Positions 44,290-51,073 of a DNA stretch of 56,312 bases are shown here, one piece after another. The notes beneath the pieces are model-generated. The model searched no databases, had not been told where the DNA came from, and worked only from the letters and a program-made list of their open reading frames with translations. The translations under genes and the position numbers were made by a program. Source of the DNA: a virus; the IMG/VR virus record IMGVR_UViG_3300031539_000037. One strand, 5' to 3'. Position 1 is the stretch's first letter, and the number at the start of each line of letters is the position of its first letter.

Positions 44290-44460
44290 TTAATTCGTTA
44301 CAGGAATCATAATGCATCTACAATGAATCAATACGGGAGGAGTCCAATCTTCTTCTTGAAATAATCTTATCCCATCAAGATAAATTCCCCCTAATAAAAA
44401 TTCTATTCTTTTCGGGTCAATTTTCACCCCATTAAGATAAAGATCCTTTTTGTTTTTCAT
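44290..44460 (-). CDS. 56-aa protein carrying a Mu F-type C-terminal motif
   Basis: MKNKKDLYLNG...PPVLIHCRCIMIPVTN. The motif PPxxxHCRCxxxPV also ends the portal fusion. Confidence 0.45.
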   Translation of the reverse strand: MKNKKDLYLNGVKIDPKRIEFLLGGIYLDGIRLFQEEDWTPPVLIHCRCIMIPVTN

Positions 44461-44470
44461 TTCTTTAACC

Positions 44471-44698
44471 TCAGACTATTTTAAAATATACTGATAATTT
44501 AGCCCATTCAGGACTTTTCTCGTCTAAAGTAAATTTTAGATCATCAAGGTAAACTGTTCCAACCCCTTTATGTAAATATTTTAATAATGCTTCTGCTAAA
44601 TCAAATTTAAATTCTTTTTCTTCTTTTGTCTCTATTATAAGTATTTGCTGAACCTGTTCAGCTATGGCATTTGCCATTAAATCAGGTACTTTAGGCAT
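44471..44698 (-). CDS. Hypothetical protein
   Basis: 75 aa. Confidence 0.5.
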   Translation of the reverse strand: MPKVPDLMANAIAEQVQQILIIETKEEKEFKFDLAEALLKYLHKGVGTVYLDDLKFTLDEKSPEWAKLSVYFKIV

Positions 44699-44939
44699 TA
44701 TCCCCCTCCTTATATTCTTCTTGCTTACCGATAATAAGCAAGTCTTTTTGATAGATTAAGGGATTTTTCCCGAATAATTTCCCGATTGGACCTTGTTTAT
44801 ATTCTTTTAATATATCTTTAATCGTTGTTTTCAATATATTTGTACCAAACAAAATTACATATATATCAATTCTTGACCTTAATCTTTCATCCTCAATAAT
44901 CTTTATATTCTGAAATTCTTTTTTAATACAGTCTTTCAT
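44691..44939 (-). CDS. Hypothetical protein
   Basis: 82 aa from the internal ATG preceded by GGAGGTAAAGGA. The longer track ORF overlaps its neighbour by 47 nt. Confidence 0.5.
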   Translation of the reverse strand: MKDCIKKEFQNIKIIEDERLRSRIDIYVILFGTNILKTTIKDILKEYKQGPIGKLFGKNPLIYQKDLLIIGKQEEYKEGDNA

Positions 44940-44943
44940 TCCT

Positions 44944-45195
44944 TTACCTCCATAATACTTTTCTACAACTATTTTCCTCATTAAATACATCTAGCTTAAT
45001 TCCAAATTCTAAGCTTTCCCACATCTCGTCAGGATCAGTATATCCTAAATTATTAGCTATTTCATTTTTGCCTTGATAACTAAGTCTAACCCACCAAAGT
45101 TCTATTTCTTCTTCAAGCTTTTTTCTTTTTTCGATTTCTCCTTTTGCCCACCGACTAAAAAAGCACCAAAGGGCAACCTTATCTATGTTATTCAT
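44944..45195 (-). CDS. Hypothetical protein
   Basis: 83 aa, ATGA-coupled to the upstream Com-like ORF. Confidence 0.5.
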   Translation of the reverse strand: MNNIDKVALWCFFSRWAKGEIEKRKKLEEEIELWWVRLSYQGKNEIANNLGYTDPDEMWESLEFGIKLDVFNEENSCRKVLWR

Positions 45196-45389
45196 TCCTT
45201 TACCCTCACAATCACCCTTTCCTCTATCTCACAGGTGATAATATTATAAGTTCCGCATCTCGGACATTTAACAATAATCTCTTTGGTCTTGCCGAAAATG
45301 TCAAACCCCGGCGAACCCACAAAGAACTTTCTATTGCAGGGTTCGCCGTCTTTTCTTATTCCTTTACATCTAACCTCTACTTCGTTTAT
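45192..45389 (-). CDS. Mu Com-like zinc-ribbon protein with a non-canonical (ATA?) start
   Basis: About 65 aa: ..NEVEVRCKGIRKDGEPCNRK...VKCPRCGTYNII. The only in-frame GTG lies after the first Cys pair. An ATA at 45387-45389 lies 7 nt after AGGAAG. Confidence 0.45.
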   Translation of the reverse strand: MNEVEVRCKGIRKDGEPCNRKFFVGSPGFDIFGKTKEIIVKCPRCGTYNIITCEIEERVIVRVKE

Positions 45390-45418
45390 ATTATCACTTC
45401 CTGACTTTTAAAGTCAAA

Positions 45419-46009
45419 CTAATTTATCTGATACTCAAAACCATTTTCCATTAATTTATCTTTGATTGCCCTCAATCTTTCAAATACATCCTTTCCATCA
45501 ATCCAAATACGAATTTGAATCTCGTTATCATGTAGAAATAAACCACTTATATTTTCACTGCCAATCAACTTATAAATTTTGTCTATTTCGGTAGCCATTA
45601 TATATGGTTTAACATTTAATATCTCAACACTCATCAATCCAAACGGATCTTCCCATGTATCGTTTTCAGAATAATGTGTAATGTGTTTCTCCCTACGGTT
45701 TTCTTTCCAAAAACCTTCCCATTTAGTCTGATTAATTGCTTCCTTTTCTAACCTTTCATCGTCTTTATCTATTCTAATAGTAATGTCTCCAAATGGATCA
45801 TTGACGATCTTCAAATTCACACTTTCATACTTCCACCAATTATATATCTCAACTTTTTCATCTAATGTTCGGCTTCTGAACCATTCAAATAAAGTGTCTA
45901 CTTCTTTCGGCCAATACAAATCAGCAATTTCTGTATTTGACATTCCCAAAACACTACAACTTATACTAATCAACAATGCTAAAATCAAAATACTTTTAAA
46001 TATTCTCAC
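45419..46009 (-). CDS. Signal-peptide protein
   Basis: 196 aa with a GTG start, beginning MRIFKSILILALLISISCSVLG. Confidence 0.55.
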   Translation of the reverse strand: MRIFKSILILALLISISCSVLGMSNTEIADLYWPKEVDTLFEWFRSRTLDEKVEIYNWWKYESVNLKIVNDPFGDITIRIDKDDERLEKEAINQTKWEGFWKENRREKHITHYSENDTWEDPFGLMSVEILNVKPYIMATEIDKIYKLIGSENISGLFLHDNEIQIRIWIDGKDVFERLRAIKDKLMENGFEYQIN

Positions 46010-46083
46010 GGTTTCCTCCTTTCTTTTATTATTTTTGCTAGGCTTTTAATTACCCCTGTACTTTCCATTATTTATTTCCCTCC

Positions 46084-46284
46084 CTATCCCATTACATCTT
46101 TTAATCTGAAATCAGTTAACATACACCTCGGTATTCCTTCTGCTCTGCCGATTGCTTTTTTGATCCGCATTTTATCCTGCATTGCTTCTACCATAAATTT
46201 ATGATTGTGGCTATTATCTAAAAAGTCGTTAATATAACCAAGCAAGTTTCGGGCAGTCTGTTCCGGTATGTGTAGAGTAACCAT
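46084..46284 (-). CDS. Hypothetical protein
   Basis: 66 aa. Confidence 0.45.
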   Translation of the reverse strand: MVTLHIPEQTARNLLGYINDFLDNSHNHKFMVEAMQDKMRIKKAIGRAEGIPRCMLTDFRLKDVMG

Positions 46285-46368
46285 TTTTACCCCTCTTGTA
46301 AATTATTTTTTTTATTCAGTCATATTCGCTATACTCGCGATAGTTGATTTTGAGACTTTGCAATAATC

Positions 46369-46503
46369 TCACCTCCCTTCTATAATCTTCCTCATTCTTT
46401 CTTCTATTTCTTTCATGGTTCTTTCGTGTTCTTGCTGTTTAAGAATAGCAAGTGGAATTGCTCCTATAAATGCTATGACAATTATTGCAATTATTAAATT
46501 CAT
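46369..46503 (-). CDS. 44-aa membrane peptide
   Basis: MNLIIAIIVIAFIGAIPLAIL..., with TAAATG coupling to the RusA stop. Confidence 0.4.
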   Translation of the reverse strand: MNLIIAIIVIAFIGAIPLAILKQQEHERTMKEIEERMRKIIEGR

Positions 46504-46854
46504 TTACTCCCTCCCTTCTATAATGATTTCCGTTCTTGGTCTTGCCTTGTCAATATGGAAATTCACCACTGGCTGGCCTATACAATCATTGCAGTCATCA
46601 GCTATAATCTTCAAATCTACAAGGGCATCAAGCCATGCGATAAGTCCACCGCCCAGATAGTTCGACACATCACGCTTTTTTCTAATGACCCTAAAGTATA
46701 TGTCAAAAGTTATTTTTGCCTTTTTGTAAGTAAATTCGTTTAGATTACATTGCTCATATATCAGCCAAGAAATAACTTCTTTATATAAGCTTCTTTTAGA
46801 CCAGTGTAATTTAATATATTCATTTTTGCTTAACGGTATTTCATCTATTATCAG
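46504..46854 (-). CDS. rusA: RusA-family Holliday junction resolvase with no canonical start
   Basis: Open frame ..LIIDEIPLSKNEYIKLHWSKR...RKKRDVSNYLGGGLIAWLDALVDLKIIADD... matches the RusA pattern. After the upstream TGA the only in-frame start candidates are CTG and two ATA codons (46846-46854). Confidence 0.6.
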   Translation of the reverse strand: MIIDEIPLSKNEYIKLHWSKRSLYKEVISWLIYEQCNLNEFTYKKAKITFDIYFRVIRKKRDVSNYLGGGLIAWLDALVDLKIIADDCNDCIGQPVVNFHIDKARPRTEIIIEGRE

Positions 46855-46984
46855 CTTCGTCGGGGTTCACCTCCTTTAATTCTTTTATAGAAATAGAAAA
46901 TATTTCTTATATTAATTTTTATGGTTTTGATATAATCATCTTCGGTAATTATAATTGTGATAAAATATTTTTGGCTATTTTTTC

Positions 46985-47482
46985 TCATTTTTCCAATTCC
47001 TTTAGATTACTATTCTTTTTAATCATACAAGTATATTCTTGCCCACACCTGTAACACTCCTTATGCATATTGCATTCATCTTTCTCCTCCTTTAGGTATT
47101 TTTGCTCTAAATCTTTCATAAACTTAATATAATAGTTTTCTCCTTTATGATACCCCCTGAATTGAAATACTCTTTTTGCCCTTTTCCACATTATTCTATA
47201 GATAATTTCTGTTTCAATAAAAGTAGTATCTTTGGTTTTTTCAGATTTAAAATAATATTTATCTGCAATTCTTTTAATTTTATTTAATATGCTTCTTCTG
47301 GTGTATTTTACATCTTCTGGTTCTTGTGGAATTTCATATTCCCTTTCTAACTCTTCCCACATCTGCTTATACGCCTCGCCCTGTTTGAGCAGGGAGATAA
47401 TATCTTTAATTGCTTCTGATTCTTGACAAGGTTCATCATATTTATATAATCTTAAAAACTCTATCGCCTCTTTAACTTTCAT
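46985..47482 (-). CDS. Hypothetical protein
   Basis: 165 aa from the ATG with GGAGG 9 nt upstream. Cys pairs near the C-terminus. Confidence 0.5.
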   Translation of the reverse strand: MKVKEAIEFLRLYKYDEPCQESEAIKDIISLLKQGEAYKQMWEELEREYEIPQEPEDVKYTRRSILNKIKRIADKYYFKSEKTKDTTFIETEIIYRIMWKRAKRVFQFRGYHKGENYYIKFMKDLEQKYLKEEKDECNMHKECYRCGQEYTCMIKKNSNLKELEK

Positions 47483-47678
47483 CGCTTTTCGCCTCCTTCC
47501 CCTTCGCCCACTTTTCATAATCTTTTTGAAACACACTTATATACTCGCCACACTCTCCACACTTGCCAACATATTTTTCCATGAATGGGCAGGGGTGCAA
47601 GTCTATATGTAACTTTACCAGGCTATTGCAGGCTGGGCATTCATAGATATAATTAGCCATCTTGTTTTTCCTCCTCAA
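47472..47678 (-). CDS. Small zinc-ribbon protein
   Basis: 68 aa with CPAC...CGECGE. Confidence 0.5.
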   Translation of the reverse strand: MRRKNKMANYIYECPACNSLVKLHIDLHPCPFMEKYVGKCGECGEYISVFQKDYEKWAKGKEAKSDES

Positions 47679-47940
47679 TTTTTTCCATTTCGATAAACCA
47701 CTTGCCGTCTTGAGTTTCTACGAATAATTTTCCATCTTCAAAATAGAAATTCCACCATTCATAATTGAGGTTACTATCATTTATAAAAACAGTACCAGAA
47801 ATATCATCTAAACAAAACCCATATCCGTAATGCTTCCATCGTAAATCATCAACCGTTTTCAAGGTCTCGTCGCTTAATTTAGCATATACAAAACTTGTCA
47901 GTATTAATAAGATTATGATTATCGTTACTAGTTTTTTCAT
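47653..47940 (-). CDS. Signal-peptide protein
   Basis: 95 aa beginning MKKLVTIIIILLILTSFVYA. Confidence 0.5.
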   Translation of the reverse strand: MKKLVTIIIILLILTSFVYAKLSDETLKTVDDLRWKHYGYGFCLDDISGTVFINDSNLNYEWWNFYFEDGKLFVETQDGKWFIEMEKIEEEKQDG

Positions 47941-47963
47941 TATTTTTTCACCTCCTTCTTATT

Positions 47964-48239
47964 TTAATCACTACGAATAGATAAGATAGCTAATTTAATT
48001 TCTGCCCTAGAGATATTATTTTCTTTAATATAGTTTCTCAATTCTTCTATGTGTTTTTTATAATGTCCTCTTATATGACCCAATTTATAGTCTACATTTT
48101 TTCTCTTCTTTTTAATCCCGTTTTTCTTATAATATTTAAGGAGTGATAGTGGGTGTACACCATAAATATTTGCAAGTTCTGTTGTACTCTTTTTCCTACT
48201 TAGAGCATCTCTTACAACAATCTCTTTTATTCCTGCCAA
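47964..48239 (-). CDS. HTH DNA-binding protein
   Basis: 91 aa with a TTG start and no clear SD. HTH STTELANIYGVHPLSLLKYYKKNG. The frame stays open 17 codons further upstream without a canonical start. Confidence 0.5.
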   Translation of the reverse strand: MAGIKEIVVRDALSRKKSTTELANIYGVHPLSLLKYYKKNGIKKKRKNVDYKLGHIRGHYKKHIEELRNYIKENNISRAEIKLAILSIRSD

Positions 48240-48286
48240 TTTTTCTTGAACTGGACTTTTACGTCTATATATACCTTTTGTCGTTT

Positions 48287-48463
48287 TTAATCAGTTCCTT
48301 CATACAAATTCATTTCTCGTAGTTCTATCTCATTCGGATAGCAACCCTTTAACTCTAGTTCCCTGGCCTTCTCTTTTAGTTCTTTTACTTCGTTGTTTAA
48401 GGCTGTCAATTGCCTGAGTAGCCCTTTATTTTCTTTGATTAGATCAGATATATTTTTGGTCAA
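48287..48463 (-). CDS. 58-aa coiled-coil protein (TTG start)
   Basis: Below the track threshold. GGAGGAGG lies 10 nt upstream. Has a heptad-like sequence. Confidence 0.3.
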   Translation of the reverse strand: MTKNISDLIKENKGLLRQLTALNNEVKELKEKARELELKGCYPNEIELREMNLYEGTD

Positions 48464-48524
48464 TTGGTTTTAACCTCCTCCAAAACCTTTTAATTTCTTT
48501 AAATCTCCTTTGAGCTTAGAGATA

Positions 48525-49037
48525 TTATTTAATAAACAAGGCCTCTTTAATTTCATTAATACATCCTTCAATATTTCTCCTGATTTGTATTCCACTAAAA
48601 TGCAATACCCTCCAACCTTTCCTGGCTAAATATTTATCCCTGTTAATATCCTCTTCTATTTGTTCTTTGTCCTGTTTGTGCCATTTATAACCATCACATT
48701 CTATTACTAGTCTCTGTTGTGGATAGGCAAAATCTACCCTTTTAATTCCAATTTCATATTGTGGTTCTGCCGGTATTTTATAATTAATCATTGCATTCTC
48801 CATATATCTTTCAATGGGTGTTTCTTTCGTCAGAAATATATCATTTACATATTCTATTAAACCTAATTTAATAGATAATTTATCTCTATTTTCTCTTTCC
48901 CTTGTTTCTATCTTCCTTTTTTCAAATCCATAATTTATTATATCTTTGATAATCCTCACTTCTTTGATATTTCCTATCTTGATTATCTTTTCCATTCTTT
49001 TAAAAATATCTTTATTTTCTATATTCTTATTTTTCAC
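48525..49037 (-). CDS. DUF559/Vsr-like endonuclease-domain protein
   Basis: 170 aa with RVDFAYPQQRLVIECDGYKWH...GWRVLHFSG. Confidence 0.7.
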   Translation of the reverse strand: MKNKNIENKDIFKRMEKIIKIGNIKEVRIIKDIINYGFEKRKIETRERENRDKLSIKLGLIEYVNDIFLTKETPIERYMENAMINYKIPAEPQYEIGIKRVDFAYPQQRLVIECDGYKWHKQDKEQIEEDINRDKYLARKGWRVLHFSGIQIRRNIEGCINEIKEALFIK

Positions 49038-49753
49038 TCTATCACCTTAGTAATTTTATTTTTTATAACTGTTCCTACATAACCTATATTTGCTACTCCA
49101 TACCGATTAGCAGATTCCAAAGCATAATTAAATAAATTAATATCATCTGTCCTTTTCATTAAATTATAAAGTTCAGTTAATAATGTTAATTTTCTCCCTT
49201 CAGTGATCATTCCAGTCTTGTTAGTCTTTGCTGAATTATCCCAATAAACTTGAATTTCTTCTTTTAGTGTTTCTGGAAATAATGTTAGCAAATTTTTAAT
49301 TTGCGATAATATTATTTCTTTTGTAATAGTTTCTTTAGTTTCTTTTGTGTCTACCTGTTTAGGTAACTTTTTCATACCTGTTTGGGTAATCTCACTTACC
49401 TGTTTAGGTAACTTTATATCCTGAATAGGTATCTTTTTATCACTTACCTGTTTAGGTATCTTTTCCCATTCATCATAATTTTTCTGGAAAAATAGTTTTT
49501 TACCACTCTTGCCGACTATATGCCTTTTAACTAATTTCTTTATAGTCCTGCTAACATGACTTTCGGCTATTCCAGTCATTTCTGTAATTTGTGTATTTGT
49601 AATCCAATCTTCTTTTTTATGCCATCCATAAGTCTTACGGAATATAGCCCATAACACTTGACTTTCATAACTTGATAGATAAGTTTTTGCTAGTGCCTCA
49701 ACTATTCCGTTGGCTATGTCTACATGACCATCTTCTCTTTGCGGGTTAGCCAT
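49034..49753 (-). CDS. Replication initiator, lambda O-like N-terminal domain
   Basis: 239 aa. GHVDIANGIVEALAK..SYESQVLWAIFRKTYGWHKKEDWITNTQITEMTGIAESHVSRTIKKL matches the phage rep O pattern. The iterons encode the (I/L)PKQV repeats. Confidence 0.75.
   Translation of the reverse strand: MANPQREDGHVDIANGIVEALAKTYLSSYESQVLWAIFRKTYGWHKKEDWITNTQITEMTGIAESHVSRTIKKLVKRHIVGKSGKKLFFQKNYDEWEKIPKQVSDKKIPIQDIKLPKQVSEITQTGMKKLPKQVDTKETKETITKEIILSQIKNLLTLFPETLKEEIQVYWDNSAKTNKTGMITEGRKLTLLTELYNLMKRTDDINLFNYALESANRYGVANIGYVGTVIKNKITKVIE
49352..49460. repeat. Origin-type iterons inside the O-like gene (4 copies of TACCTGTTTAGGTA)
   Basis: Copies start at 49352, 49375 (one mismatch), 49397 and 49445. Each has internal dyad symmetry (TACCT/AGGTA). 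An AT-rich tract lies at about 49300-49350. Confidence 0.75.
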
Positions 49754-50441
49754 TTACTACACTCCTCAACCTACTAAACTTTATTTTTATCGAATTATAT
49801 GACCTGCCCATCAGGTTAGCGACACCCTGCAGACCCATGCTTTTATTTAAAAGGATCTGCTGTTCTTGAAGGTTAGTCCACCTTTTATTTCTATTGGGGA
49901 TTAGCTGGTCACTGAGTTTTTTCTGCTTTAACCATTGAGGCTCATAACCCAATTCCAATATATCAATTTTCCTGCTGTCAAACCTGTCTTGATTCTTTTC
50001 CAGCCAATCCCATAAGTTCTCATGGCGAATCAACCAAAACTTCCGCTTAAAAACCAGGCAGGTGTGTCGTGCCTTCAAGTTACCATACTTAATCCAATAA
50101 CAGACGGTACGCCTCCTGACATTTAATATTTTGGCTACCTGACTTCCCGTCAGATATTCGTCAGCTTTAGTCGAGGCTCCCAGGTGAAGTTTTTTTGCTT
50201 TTGCATGGACTGCTGATTTAGTTCTATGCAATTGACGGGAAAGCCTTGATAAAGTTTCTACACCCCAATTATCTTCTAAATATTCTTTTTCGGCATCAGA
50301 CCACGCTTTTTGATGTCGTTGTATGTTGTTGACCTTTAGACCTTGCCGGTATTTTCTAACCCGGTCTGCTATCCTTTCACGGTTTTCAAGGCTATACTGT
50401 CTTTGATATTCTTTTTCTTTTTCTTCATTTTTGTATGGCAT
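49746..50441 (-). CDS. DNA-binding protein (Myb/SANT-like plus excisionase-type HTH)
   Basis: 231 aa with an N-terminal basic Y-repeat. WSDAEKEYLEDNW is Myb-like. LTGSQVAKILNVRRRTVCYWIKYGNL is a MerR/Xis-type HTH. Confidence 0.55.
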   Translation of the reverse strand: MPYKNEEKEKEYQRQYSLENRERIADRVRKYRQGLKVNNIQRHQKAWSDAEKEYLEDNWGVETLSRLSRQLHRTKSAVHAKAKKLHLGASTKADEYLTGSQVAKILNVRRRTVCYWIKYGNLKARHTCLVFKRKFWLIRHENLWDWLEKNQDRFDSRKIDILELGYEPQWLKQKKLSDQLIPNRNKRWTNLQEQQILLNKSMGLQGVANLMGRSYNSIKIKFSRLRSVVNG

Positions 50442-50986
50442 TAATTACACTCCTTAAATTCTGAAACTTCATTTCCCCACACATCCCAACCTTCTCTTTC
50501 TTCTCTTGCAAATACATCTATTCTGGGTTCTCTTGTGTTTTCTCTTAATGTGTTATAAAAAATATCTGGCTTTCTGGAATGTTTACCCCTCTTTTCATAA
50601 AACATAGTAGGTATAAATTTACCCTTTTTATTAATTCCCATTTTTCCCCTATAAGCATATATTATCCATTCTACCCTCCTATAAATACCATTGACAGGAA
50701 CTCCAATGCTTTTATCCCATGCAAAAAAATCCATATACTTAAAATTCCACATCTTTAATATTCTAAAACAAAAAGGTATTTTTGAAGTTATAGTCCATAA
50801 GAATAAATCACATCTATCATCAGCAAAATTACTGATAGGGAAAAACATAATCTCATCATCACTCATAAGAGGATATGGCATCTTTTTCCCTGTTCTGTAG
50901 TATCTTAAATCTTTCAAGTTATTTTTTACTGTCCAAGGAAAATCAATTACTACTGTCTGATATTTTTTATTCGGAAATGGTATCAT
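50441..50986 (-). CDS. MT-A70 family N6-adenine DNA methyltransferase
   Basis: 181 aa with the motif IV variant IDFPW and a C-terminal SRKPD. Confidence 0.75.
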   Translation of the reverse strand: MIPFPNKKYQTVVIDFPWTVKNNLKDLRYYRTGKKMPYPLMSDDEIMFFPISNFADDRCDLFLWTITSKIPFCFRILKMWNFKYMDFFAWDKSIGVPVNGIYRRVEWIIYAYRGKMGINKKGKFIPTMFYEKRGKHSRKPDIFYNTLRENTREPRIDVFAREEREGWDVWGNEVSEFKECN

Positions 50987-51019
50987 TTATTTATCCTTTC
51001 CTTTTGGTAATCTTTAAGG

Positions 51020-51060
51020 GCAGTGCCCTCTACCAAATAGCTTTCCGCAGAGGACACTGC
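51020..51060 (-). other. 12-bp stem hairpin 3' of the SBP gene, with no T-run
   Basis: GCAGTGTCCTCT...AGAGGGCACTGC on the minus strand, with one G-U pair and a 17-nt loop. Confidence 0.6.
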
Positions 51061-51073
51061 TCAACTTATTTTT

